Source of the DNA: Methanothermobacter thermautotrophicus str. Delta H
Lineage (GTDB): Archaea; Methanobacteriota; Methanobacteria; Methanobacteriales; Methanothermobacteraceae
Assembly: GCF_000008645.1 (NCBI RefSeq)
Contig: NC_000916.1
Span: forward strand, 1,530,001 to 1,562,000
Direction of reading: 5' to 3'
Length of the DNA stretch: 32,000 nucleotides
Position numbers and translations under genes: made by a program. This document shows positions 10,117 through 18,805 of this stretch, piece by piece. The notes below the pieces were generated by a model that was not told the origin of the DNA, searched no databases, and worked only from the letters and a program-made list of their open reading frames with translations. The stretch's first letter is position 1. Every line of letters begins with the position of its first letter.

Positions 10117-12813
10117 ATGATTACCATGTCCCATCAGCTTGAAAAACTTGGATACAGAAAGTATGAATGCAGGTCCTGTGGAAACACCTTCTGGTCTATG
10201 AAGGAACGTGCAACATGTGGAGACGCCCCCTGTGATGAATACGGGTTCATCGGTAACCCTGCCACAGACAGGAGCTATGACCTCTATGAGATACAGGATA
10301 AATTCATGGAGTTCTTCGCCGAAAGGGGCCATGAACCCATCAGGAGGTACCCGGTACTTGCAAAACGCTGGCGGGACGACGTATTCCTTGTCGGGGCATC
10401 AATATACAACTTTCAACCATGGGTCACATCTGGCCTGGTGAAACCCCCTGCAAACCCCCTCGTGGTTGCGCAGCCATCAATAAGACTCAATGACGTTGAT
10501 AATGTTGGAAGAACAGGAAGACATCTCACATGCTTCACAATGGGGGGTCATCATGCATTCAATTCTGAGGATAACACTGTCTACTGGGAAGAAGAAACCA
10601 TAAAGTACTGTCATGACTTTTTAACACATATAGGTATTGATCCATCTGAGATAACATTCATAGAGTCCTGGTGGCAGGGAGGTGGAAACGAGGGGCCCTG
10701 CTATGAGGTATGCGTCAGGGGCGTTGAACTTGCAACCCTCGTCTTCATACAGTACCGCACCCTCCCTGATGGTGGCAGGGAGGAGATCCCCCTCAAGATA
10801 GTTGACACAGGCTATGGCCTTGAAAGGTTCGCCTGGATATCACAGGGGACACCAACAGCCTACGATGCCTGCCTTGGCCCGGTAATCGAGAAACTGGTCG
10901 AACTGACAGGCGTGAAGATCGATGAGGAGATACTTGCAGAGAACGCCCAAGTGGCCGGAATGATGGACATAGAGACCTACGCTGATTTAAGGGAACTCAG
11001 GAAGAGGGTAGCGGATAAACTTGGCATCTCAGTGGAGGAACTGGAACGTGCAGCCGCCCCAATGGAATCAGTTTACGCCATAGCCGACCATACAAGGTGC
11101 CTCGCATTCATGCTTGCAGACGGGGTCATACCCTCAAACGTGAAGGAGGGATACCTTGCAAGGCTCATAATCAGGAGGACCCTGAGGCTCATGAAGGACC
11201 TTGGTATGAAGGAGTCACTTAAGGATATAATGAACATCCAGGTGGAGTTCCTTGAGGGCCACTACCCTGAGATAAGGAGTCATCATGAGCACATACTGAA
11301 CATCATCGACCTCGAGGAACACCGCTATGCAAGGACAGTGAAGAGGGGCCGCAGGATTGTTGAGAAGACAATAAAATACCTTAAAAGGGATGGAAAAGCA
11401 GAGATGCCCCTGGAAATCCTCATAAAACTATATGACTCCCATGGAATCCCCCCTGAGACCATCGGTGAGATAGCAGAGGAATCCGGTTTTCAGGTTAAAA
11501 TTCCAGACAACTTCTACACCCTCGTAGCAGAGAGGAATGAAACAGAAACCGAGATGCCGGAGGAGGATGTACACCTGGACTACCCGGCAACAGAGCTTCT
11601 ATTCTATGATGAACCCGATGACCTGGAATTCCAGGCAGAGGTCATAGGCATACATGAGAATGGCCTGATACTCGACAGAACACTCTTCTACCCTGAGGGA
11701 GGTGGTCAGCCCTCAGATACGGGATACATTACAGCTGAAGGCTGCAGACTCAGAATAAAACATGCAGAGAAGATAGGTGCCGTTGTTGTTCACAGAACAG
11801 ACGATGAAATCTGCATAGAACCTGGAACAACCATCAGGGGATTTATTGATTCAGATAGAAGGCTTCAGCTCACAAGAAACCATACAGCAACCCACCTCAT
11901 AGTTTCAGCGGCAAGAAAGGTCCTGGGAGACCACATATGGCAGGCAGGGGCCCAGAAGGGAGTTAAAAGTTCACGCCTAGACCTGTCCCACTACAGAAGA
12001 ATAACACTGGAAGAGCTCCAGGAGATAGAGAGACTTGCAAATGAGTATGTCATGATGAACGTACCCCTGAAGGTCAGGTGGATGGACAGGGACCTTGCAG
12101 AGAGGAAGTATGGATTCATACTGTACCAGGGCGGAGTTGTACCCGGCTCCAGGATAAGGGTGGTTGAGATTCCAGGTGTGGATGTCCAGGCCTGTGCAGG
12201 TACCCATGTCCACAGGACAGGGGACATCGGACTCATCAGGATAAACAGAACAGAACGCATACAGGATGGAGTTGAGAGGATAGAGTTCTCTGCCGGATCA
12301 GCAGCCATTGAGATCATGCAGAAGACAGGGGACATCCTGAGGGAGAGCTCAGACATATTCAAGGTCACACCATCACAGCTTCCAGGGACCTGTGAAAGGT
12401 TCTTCACAGAGTGGAAGGCCCTCAGAAATGAGGTCTCACGCCTCAAGGAGAAGGTCGCGTCACTGAAGATCCTTGAGATGAAGGATAGGGCTGAGAGGAT
12501 CAATGACCTAACGGTGATAATCGACACCGTCGATGCAGATATGGATGAGATGAAGAACATGGCCCTTGAACTATCAGCCACAGTCGACGCCGTTGTCCTG
12601 GCGAACCCTGAAGGCAAAATCGTCGGAGCAGCATCTGAAGATGCTGTAAAGGCAGGTTTGAGGATCAACGAGGTCATATCACAGGCTGCAGCCGTGCTTG
12701 GAGGTGGAGGTGGAGGCAGACCTCACCTTGCACAGGGAGCAGGGCCCGCGACCGATAAAGTGGATGAGGCCCTTGAGGAGGCGAGAGCTGCACTCAGTAC
12801 TGTGAGGAACTGA
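10117..12813 (+). CDS. alaS: Alanine--tRNA ligase
   Basis: 898-aa ORF with archaeal AlaRS features, including the editing-domain HxxxH (TRNHTATH) and the C-terminal GGGGGRPHLAQGAG motif. The start may instead be the second ATG at 10126 (see the TATA box at 10098). Confidence 0.95.
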   Translation: MITMSHQLEKLGYRKYECRSCGNTFWSMKERATCGDAPCDEYGFIGNPATDRSYDLYEIQDKFMEFFAERGHEPIRRYPVLAKRWRDDVFLVGASIYNFQPWVTSGLVKPPANPLVVAQPSIRLNDVDNVGRTGRHLTCFTMGGHHAFNSEDNTVYWEEETIKYCHDFLTHIGIDPSEITFIESWWQGGGNEGPCYEVCVRGVELATLVFIQYRTLPDGGREEIPLKIVDTGYGLERFAWISQGTPTAYDACLGPVIEKLVELTGVKIDEEILAENAQVAGMMDIETYADLRELRKRVADKLGISVEELERAAAPMESVYAIADHTRCLAFMLADGVIPSNVKEGYLARLIIRRTLRLMKDLGMKESLKDIMNIQVEFLEGHYPEIRSHHEHILNIIDLEEHRYARTVKRGRRIVEKTIKYLKRDGKAEMPLEILIKLYDSHGIPPETIGEIAEESGFQVKIPDNFYTLVAERNETETEMPEEDVHLDYPATELLFYDEPDDLEFQAEVIGIHENGLILDRTLFYPEGGGQPSDTGYITAEGCRLRIKHAEKIGAVVVHRTDDEICIEPGTTIRGFIDSDRRLQLTRNHTATHLIVSAARKVLGDHIWQAGAQKGVKSSRLDLSHYRRITLEELQEIERLANEYVMMNVPLKVRWMDRDLAERKYGFILYQGGVVPGSRIRVVEIPGVDVQACAGTHVHRTGDIGLIRINRTERIQDGVERIEFSAGSAAIEIMQKTGDILRESSDIFKVTPSQLPGTCERFFTEWKALRNEVSRLKEKVASLKILEMKDRAERINDLTVIIDTVDADMDEMKNMALELSATVDAVVLANPEGKIVGAASEDAVKAGLRINEVISQAAAVLGGGGGGRPHLAQGAGPATDKVDEALEEARAALSTVRN

Positions 12814-12875
12814 TGTCATTGTGGCCGAACCGTTCGAGGAACTGGCGGGTTCACTGTGACTGCAGGGGGTTTAAT

Positions 12876-14108
12876 TTGGACAGGCACGTCTCTGAGATAA
12901 ACGAGAGAATACTTGAAGGGGATGCAGCTGTCTTCACAGCAGATGAGATAAAGGACATGGTCCGTGATGGTGACGTCCCATCAGCTGATGAGGTTGACGT
13001 GGTAACCACAGCCACCTGTGGTGTCATGTCAGGCACAGCAGCGGTCATGCACCTTAGAGTGTCAGAGCCGGGCTCCTTCCGCAAGGCAGCCAGTGTTGAG
13101 CTGAACGGAATACCTGCCTATCCTGGCCCATGCCCAAATGAGAACCTCGGGTCGGTCGACCTCTTCATCTACGGGACCGGTCACAGCAGGGAGGACCCTG
13201 ACTATGGGGGAGGTTTTCTGTTCAGGGACCTACTCCTGGGATCTGAGGTCGAGGTCAGGGTCACGTCTGTGGAGGGCAGGGTGGTTGAGTCAACGGTCAC
13301 CATGGATGATATTGAAACAGCCAGGATAGTTGGTACACGCATGGCCTTCAGGAATTACACAGCCCTTGTCAATCCAGGAGAAACACCAGTGAAATCCATA
13401 TTCAATGCATTTGAAATGCCAGAAAATTGCGGCGGTCTTTCCTTCTCTGGCTGCGGTGACATCAACCCCCTTGAAAACGATCCATCAATGGAGACCGTCC
13501 ATCAGGGTACCGGGGTGCTTCTGAACGGGGCCAGGGCCATAGTACTGGGAGAGGGTACAAGGAGTAGCCCCATAAAGCCGAACCTCATGCTCAGCGGCGA
13601 CCTCCACGACATGAAACCCCGTTACATCGGAGGATTCCGGACAGCAGCAGGTCCAGAGATATTTAACACAGTGGCGGTTCCAGTACCGGTAACATCAGAA
13701 AGGGTTCTTGAGAACCTCATGGTACTTAATTCAGATATAAAACTTCCTGTTGCTGATGTAAGGGATCGTTCAAGGGTTATAACTGAGATAACCTATGAGG
13801 ATGTTTGGAGTGGTGACGTGAGACCTGTCCACCACCCAGAGAGGTGCACAGACTGCGCGGTCTGCCTTGCAGCCAGGAGGTGCCCCACACATGCCATCGA
13901 TAACGGCCTGGACCTTGACAGGTGTTTCGGCTGTGGAGTATGCGCATGGTCCTGTCCTTCAGGAGCATATGAGATGGATACCGGGACAGTCAGGATAGGT
14001 GAACTGGCAGTGCCCATCATATGCAGACAGTCAGACAGGTTAAGGGCCCGCGAACTATCCCTGGAACTCAAAAAGCTCATAGAAAACGGGGATTTCCTCA
14101 TGGGATGA
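12876..14108 (+). CDS. Homocysteine biosynthesis protein (COG1900/HcyBio domain) fused to a 2x[4Fe-4S] ferredoxin domain
   Basis: COG1900-like body, with a C-terminal CTDCAVCLAARRCP and CFGCGVCAWSCP. I prefer the TTG at 12876 (AGGGGGT SD 5 nt upstream; gives MDRHVSEINERI, like homologue N-termini). The track start, ATG 12813, overlaps the alaS stop (TGATG) and remains possible. Confidence 0.75.
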   Translation: MDRHVSEINERILEGDAAVFTADEIKDMVRDGDVPSADEVDVVTTATCGVMSGTAAVMHLRVSEPGSFRKAASVELNGIPAYPGPCPNENLGSVDLFIYGTGHSREDPDYGGGFLFRDLLLGSEVEVRVTSVEGRVVESTVTMDDIETARIVGTRMAFRNYTALVNPGETPVKSIFNAFEMPENCGGLSFSGCGDINPLENDPSMETVHQGTGVLLNGARAIVLGEGTRSSPIKPNLMLSGDLHDMKPRYIGGFRTAAGPEIFNTVAVPVPVTSERVLENLMVLNSDIKLPVADVRDRSRVITEITYEDVWSGDVRPVHHPERCTDCAVCLAARRCPTHAIDNGLDLDRCFGCGVCAWSCPSGAYEMDTGTVRIGELAVPIICRQSDRLRARELSLELKKLIENGDFLMG

Positions 14109-14147
14109 GCGAATGGTTTTGGATGAGGTATAGATGATGGGGGTGTT

Positions 14148-15317
14148 ATGATTCTTGATTATGATGTTATACTTGCACGCTACGGTGAGGTCGCCATCAA
14201 GGGCCCCTCAGTGAGGAGAAGATTCGAAGGAAAACTTCTCCATAACATAAAGTCGGCCTTCAGCTGCAGAGCAGAGCTCAGACATGGAAGGATATTCATT
14301 TTTCCTGAAGACATGGATGAAGCCCTTGATAGACTCTCAAAGATATTTGGTATCGTGTCATTTTCTCCGGCCGTAACAGCTGAGACGGGTTTTGATAGCA
14401 TAGAGGATTCACTGAGGGAATACATCCATGAGCTGAGATCTGAAGGTCTCCTCACCAGCAGAACACCCTTCGCCATAAGGTGCCGCAGGGTTGGTGAGCA
14501 TGATTTCACGAGCCAGGAGATGGCGGCATTTGCTGGGTCAGTTGTTGTGGGGGAGATCGGTGCTCCGGTTGACCTCGGAAACCCTGACCTGGAGATTCAC
14601 CTCGAGATAAGGGAGGATGAGACCTACATCTACCACAGGGTAATACCAGGACCAGGGGGTCTTCCTGCAGGGACTCAGGGAAAGGTTGTGGCACTCCTAT
14701 CAGGGGGCATTGACTCGCCGGTGGCCACCTACCTGATGATGAAGAGGGGATGTCAGGTAGTGGCGGTCCATATGGACAATGCGCCCTTCACAGGTGAGGA
14801 AGCAGAGGAGAAGGTTGAAAAGATCGCTGCAAAGCTCGCAGAATACTCTGCAGGTGTTGAATTCAAACTGAGGACCTTCAGTTATGGAAGATATCTTGAA
14901 AGCTGCCGTAGAGGGGCTCCCGAGAAGATGACTTGCGTGCTCTGCAAATTCGGGATGTACCATCTTGCAGAGATGGTTGCAGAGGAGGAGGGGGCCCTTG
15001 CAATAGTCGATGGGAGCAGCCTTGGTCAGGTGGCATCCCAGACCCTCCCGAACATCCTTGCCACAAGGATGGGTGTGAATATTCCCATTCTGAGCCCCCT
15101 GATAGGCATGGATAAGGTGGAGATAGAGAACCTTGCAAAGAGGATAGGCACCTACGATATCTCCGTGATACCAGATGGGGGCTGTAGCGCCGTGCCGGCC
15201 CACCCATCAACAGCCTCGCCTCCAGAGGCAGTCATGGAGGCATCTGAGAAGATCAATGTTAAGGAAGAAGTTGCGGAGATCTTCAGGAAGGGCTCAAAGA
15301 CGAGGATATTCAGCTGA
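14148..15317 (+). CDS. thiI: tRNA 4-thiouridine / thiazole sulfurtransferase ThiI (no rhodanese domain)
   Basis: 389-aa ORF with a THUMP-like N-terminal part, PP-loop SGGIDSPVA, and Cys residues in CVLC and GGC as in methanogen ThiI. Confidence 0.9.
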   Translation: MILDYDVILARYGEVAIKGPSVRRRFEGKLLHNIKSAFSCRAELRHGRIFIFPEDMDEALDRLSKIFGIVSFSPAVTAETGFDSIEDSLREYIHELRSEGLLTSRTPFAIRCRRVGEHDFTSQEMAAFAGSVVVGEIGAPVDLGNPDLEIHLEIREDETYIYHRVIPGPGGLPAGTQGKVVALLSGGIDSPVATYLMMKRGCQVVAVHMDNAPFTGEEAEEKVEKIAAKLAEYSAGVEFKLRTFSYGRYLESCRRGAPEKMTCVLCKFGMYHLAEMVAEEEGALAIVDGSSLGQVASQTLPNILATRMGVNIPILSPLIGMDKVEIENLAKRIGTYDISVIPDGGCSAVPAHPSTASPPEAVMEASEKINVKEEVAEIFRKGSKTRIFS

Positions 15318-15366
15318 TCCACGGAGTAGGGGTGGGTGGATAACTTTTTAAATAATCAGATCCACA

Positions 15367-15376
15367 TTTTATATAA
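15367..15376 (+). promoter_or_regulatory. Candidate TATA box for fbp
   Basis: TTTTATATAA lies about 42-50 nt upstream of ATG 15418, with the GGAGGTG SD in between. Confidence 0.4.
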
Positions 15377-15417
15377 GATCCATTTCATCAACTCACTATC
15401 TTCTGGAGGTGTAATAC

Positions 15418-16515
15418 ATGAAAACAACCATTAGTGTAATTAAAGCAGACGTTGGAAGTGTAGCCGGTCATGCAGTTGCCCATGAAGCTTTAAAGAAGAA
15501 ATGCGACGAGATACTGGCCGGCGCAAAGGAGACCGGAATCCTTGAGGATTACTATATAACCAACTGTGGGGACGACATAGACCTCATCATGACCCACAGA
15601 AACGGTGAAGAAAACGAGGAGGTCCACCAGACAGCGTGGAATGCTTTCAGGGAAGCGACAGATGTTGCAAGAGGTTTAAAATTGTATGGGGCTGGACAGG
15701 ATCTCCTTTCAGATACCTTCTCAGGTAACATAAAGGGTATGGGTCCCGGCTGTGCCGAGATGGAGTTCAAGGAGAGGCCAAGCGACCCTGTTATAATCTT
15801 CTGCTGCGACAAAACAGAACCGGGTGCCTTTAACCTCCCACTGTTCAGAATGTTCGCTGATCCATTCAACACAGCGGGTCTTGTGATCGACCCCTCACTC
15901 CACAATGGATACGAATTTGAGGTCTTTGACGTCGTCGAACACAAAAAGGTTACAATGGCATGTCCTGATGAGATGTACGACCTCCTGGCGCTTCTCGGTT
16001 CAATCAGCCGCTATGTCATCAAGAGGATACACAGAAGGGACGATGGTGAAATTGCAGCCTCAGTGAGTACAGAGAGGCTGAACCTCATGGCAGGTAAATA
16101 CATAGGTAAGGACGACCCGGTCGCAATAGTCAGGGCACAGTCCGGATTCCCTGCAGCAGGTGAGGTCGTTGAGCCCTTCGCATTCCCCCACCTCGTCGGC
16201 GGATGGATGAGGGGATCCCACAACGGACCACTGATGCCTGTGGCCCAGAGGGATGCAACACCCGTGAGATTCGATGGACCACCAAGGGTCATAGCCCTGG
16301 GATTCCAGGTAGCTGATTGCAAGCTTGTCGGACCCGTTGACATGTTTGATGATCCATCCTTTGACCGCTCAAGGCAGCTCGCCTCTGAGGTTGCAGAGTA
16401 TATGAGGAGGCACGGTCCATTTGAGCCACACAGGCTCCCATCAGATGAGATGGAATACACCTCACTACCCGGTGTGCTTGAAAAACTCGGCGACAGGTTT
16501 GAGGATATGGAATGA
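15418..16515 (+). CDS. fbp: Fructose-1,6-bisphosphate aldolase/phosphatase (class V FBPase)
   Basis: 365-aa ORF. The N-terminus MKTTISVIKADVGSVAGH is typical of the bifunctional archaeal FBP A/P. GGAGGTG SD upstream. Confidence 0.95.
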   Translation: MKTTISVIKADVGSVAGHAVAHEALKKKCDEILAGAKETGILEDYYITNCGDDIDLIMTHRNGEENEEVHQTAWNAFREATDVARGLKLYGAGQDLLSDTFSGNIKGMGPGCAEMEFKERPSDPVIIFCCDKTEPGAFNLPLFRMFADPFNTAGLVIDPSLHNGYEFEVFDVVEHKKVTMACPDEMYDLLALLGSISRYVIKRIHRRDDGEIAASVSTERLNLMAGKYIGKDDPVAIVRAQSGFPAAGEVVEPFAFPHLVGGWMRGSHNGPLMPVAQRDATPVRFDGPPRVIALGFQVADCKLVGPVDMFDDPSFDRSRQLASEVAEYMRRHGPFEPHRLPSDEMEYTSLPGVLEKLGDRFEDME

Positions 16516-16564
16516 TCTTTCCCTAAGATCTCATATCATTCCATTTTCAGGAATTCAGGATCTC

Positions 16565-17020
16565 CTAACCTTTAATTCTTTTTCTCTCCTTCATTATCTC
16601 CTGGGGTATGTCAACAACTCTCTCAACAGAATCAACCACAGCACCATCCGCTGTTGCAACAATGCCATCAGATTCCCTGAGCCTCCTGTCCACACAGTCT
16701 GAGAGCACGGCGCAGCCTTCAATACCCCTGGACTTCATCAGCTCCTCAACCAGTCCCCTGAGCCTCCCGCTGTGACTCACATTCCTGTCAAAATAGAATA
16801 TGGCCCTTCCCACCCCTGAATCAGCAAGGAAATCAATTATAAGATCCAGTGCCCTCAGGGTGCTGTCACCCATCCTGTAACTGCCGGAGACGCCCCTTGT
16901 ATCCCTCAGGAAACCATCCTGAGCCAGGAAAAACTGATCTGTGAGAAGGCTTTCTGTACCTATGAGCACATTGTACCCATCAATAAAAACAGAGGAGCCA
17001 CGGAGGGAGTTTCGGTTCAC
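16565..17020 (-). CDS. C-terminal half of a split DUF434-family protein (PIN/NYN-like, FIDGYNVL motif)
   Basis: 151-aa ORF whose GTG start overlaps the stop of the 17017..17193 ORF (GTGA). The frame is open back to 17047. See the finding on the frameshift. Confidence 0.55.
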   Translation of the reverse strand: MNRNSLRGSSVFIDGYNVLIGTESLLTDQFFLAQDGFLRDTRGVSGSYRMGDSTLRALDLIIDFLADSGVGRAIFYFDRNVSHSGRLRGLVEELMKSRGIEGCAVLSDCVDRRLRESDGIVATADGAVVDSVERVVDIPQEIMKERKRIKG

Positions 17021-17193
17021 CCTGCGGATCTTCTCCTTGCCACGGTTTCATCTGAGAAGACGCACCTGGCAAGGTAATTTCGCTCCTCCCTTCCAAGAAG
17101 ATAGTGGTTCGCAACGAAGTTCAGGGCCACACGCTTACGGTAGCCCCTGTTAAGGAGGTAGCGCAGATCCTCGGCAGCCATTTCAAGGGACAT
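17017..17193 (-). CDS. N-terminal DUF434 module (58 aa), split from the downstream half
   Basis: Not in the ORF track. Own translation: MSLEMAAEDLRYLLNRGYRKRVALNFVANHYLLGREERNYLARCVFSDETVARRRSAG. The ATG overlaps the stop of the DUF47 gene (TAATG at 17191-17195). Confidence 0.5.
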   Translation of the reverse strand: MSLEMAAEDLRYLLNRGYRKRVALNFVANHYLLGREERNYLARCVFSDETVARRRSAG

Positions 17194-17846
17194 TAACCTC
17201 TTCTCTTGGCGATTATTATGAGGGCACGGTCGGAGGCATCCTCAGCCCTGTCTGAAATGTTTGCAACCTTACGGGTTATCTCCTTCATGTCCAGGAACTT
17301 GACAACACCTATCCTGTCCTGGCGGTAGGCGGAATACAGGCCAGTTATGATCTTCCTCTCAATTATATCGGCCTCATCCTCAAACCTTTCGATTTCATGA
17401 ACCTTCCTCATGGCCTCCCCCAGATCAGTTTCAAGGGATTCAACACACTCATGGAGGGCCCTGATGGTCTTTCCTGTAACCTTCATCATAGCCCTGAAGT
17501 CATCCCTGAACTCAGCAGGGAATGCGACCTTACCGAGAGACACCGTGAAGGCCGCTGATTCGATAACATCCGCAACCTTGTCTATGCTTTCAACGAGCAT
17601 TATACGGTCCTCCCTGTCAAATGGGAGGAAGGCACCCTCATAGAATTCAAGTTCCATCTTTCTCCTTATCTCATCCGCCTCATGTTCCTTTATGGCTATC
17701 TCCTTTGTGAGTTCGGAGACCAGTCTGCAGTCCCCCCTGTAGAATGCCTCCATCAGTTCCTCGAACTTCAGGTAGCATTCCATGACCTTTTCAAGGTGCT
17801 GACGCCCATGCTTTTCCACTTTACTTTCCTTCAGGAAAAATTTCAT
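17193..17846 (-). CDS. DUF47 / PhoU-like family protein (TIGR00153-type)
   Basis: 217-aa all-helical ORF with a repeated E(H/F)E(A/D)DxI motif (KEHEADEIRR, ERFEDEADIIER) typical of PhoU-like/DUF47 proteins. Confidence 0.75.
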   Translation of the reverse strand: MKFFLKESKVEKHGRQHLEKVMECYLKFEELMEAFYRGDCRLVSELTKEIAIKEHEADEIRRKMELEFYEGAFLPFDREDRIMLVESIDKVADVIESAAFTVSLGKVAFPAEFRDDFRAMMKVTGKTIRALHECVESLETDLGEAMRKVHEIERFEDEADIIERKIITGLYSAYRQDRIGVVKFLDMKEITRKVANISDRAEDASDRALIIIAKRRG

Positions 17847-17855
17847 TTTATCCCA

Positions 17856-18089
17856 TCATATTATCCTGTGAAGCATCCTGAGGCTGTCGAGAAGGCCATG
17901 GGCATAGGTTATGCATCCGAATGATGTGATGTGGTCCCCCTTCTCAAGGTAGTAGACCGAGTCATCCCTGTAGTTCAGAGCCCTCTCAACGACAGCCTCC
18001 TCATCATCACTCAATTTTATGGATTTCATTTCCATTAAATTTTTCTCAAGAAGTTCAAGATCCTTTTCTATACGTTCCCTGCAGTCCAT
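17856..18089 (-). CDS. DUF357 domain protein
   Basis: 77-aa ORF lying 9 nt upstream of the DUF47 gene and 15 nt downstream of the AIP synthase gene. Family recognised by eye ([23 protein letters not shown]). Confidence 0.6.
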   Translation of the reverse strand: MDCRERIEKDLELLEKNLMEMKSIKLSDDEEAVVERALNYRDDSVYYLEKGDHITSFGCITYAHGLLDSLRMLHRII

Positions 18090-18104
18090 TGAAACATCCC
18101 TCCA

Positions 18105-18692
18105 TTATTTCAGCCTTTGCCACACGTAGATCATCCTCTGGATCATGGTAAAGTAACCGAGAGCTGCGAGCACAATAATCGCAGCGTCCATGAACCACGG
18201 ATGGATAAGGTACCCTGCAAGGGACCCTGCAAGGATTATAATGATTCTCTCAGCCCTTTCAGCGATTCCAACAGCGCATTCAATGCCCAGAGATTCTGCA
18301 CGGGCCCTCACATAGCTCACCATGAGTCCGGAATGGAGTGCGAGGAGCCCGGTTAGCAGTCCTGTGAATCCCCCCGCGGTTATCCCGATGATGATTATAC
18401 CATCGGAGAGTCTGTCAAGGGTAGAGTCAAGGAAACCACCGAAGGCTGTGGGCCTGAATCTTCTCCGTGCCACGGCCCCGTCAAGCACATCTATGAATCC
18501 ACTTGCTGCAAGCAGGGCCGCTCCAGTGATCAGGCTTCCAGATGCATATCCTGCGCTGGCAGCACATGCAACAAGGAAACCCGTCAGTGTTATGTAATCT
18601 GCTGGCAGGGCAATTCTATCTGCAATGGGGTCAATGAATCTCCGGATCACCGGTCTGAACTGGTTTAACATGGACTCATTTATATCTGGCAC
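18105..18692 (-). CDS. CDP-alcohol phosphatidyltransferase: archaetidylinositol phosphate synthase
   Basis: Motif DVLDGAVARR...GGFLDSTLDRLSD (DG..AR...G...D...D) in a multi-TM protein. It corresponds to what I recall as the characterised Methanothermobacter AIP synthase. The track start is GTG 18692; the ATG at 18671 (MLNQFRPV) sits about 25 nt downstream of a TATATAT element and may be the true, leaderless start. Confidence 0.85.
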   Translation of the reverse strand: MPDINESMLNQFRPVIRRFIDPIADRIALPADYITLTGFLVACAASAGYASGSLITGAALLAASGFIDVLDGAVARRRFRPTAFGGFLDSTLDRLSDGIIIIGITAGGFTGLLTGLLALHSGLMVSYVRARAESLGIECAVGIAERAERIIIILAGSLAGYLIHPWFMDAAIIVLAALGYFTMIQRMIYVWQRLK

Positions 18693-18711
18693 AGATATAT
18701 ATGATTAGGTG

Positions 18712-18799
18712 TGCCGGTTTTCGTGGTGTGGTGGTTGACATAAAGGTTTGCAATGATCACCCTGCCGGTTTTCGTGGTTGTAGTGGTTGATGTAAAGGT
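18712..18799 (+). repeat. Tandem direct repeat upstream of tsaC (copy 1 18712-18747, copy 2 18763-18799)
   Basis: tgccggttttcgtgg(t)tgt(g/a)gtggttga(c/t)(a/g)taaaggt: 3 mismatches and 1 indel over about 36 nt, period 51 nt. Confidence 0.8.
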
Positions 18800-18805
18800 G
18801 TTCCG

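Noticed and set aside
11991-12677. Long antisense ORFs opposite well-supported genes. Examples: 228 aa opposite alaS, 172 aa at 5712-6230 opposite ftsZ, 166 aa at 27925-28425 opposite the pilus ATPase, and 167 aa at 14700-15203 opposite thiI.
   Set aside because: They have Ser/Pro/Arg-rich, low-complexity compositions typical of shadow frames. None has an SD or promoter context. Each lies entirely inside a gene with unmistakable homology on the other strand.
15315-15385. Three GATCCA(C/T) motifs spaced through the thiI-fbp intergenic region, considered as a possible operator for fbp regulation.
   Set aside because: These are hexamer-level matches only, with irregular spacing. That is not distinguishable from chance without comparative data.
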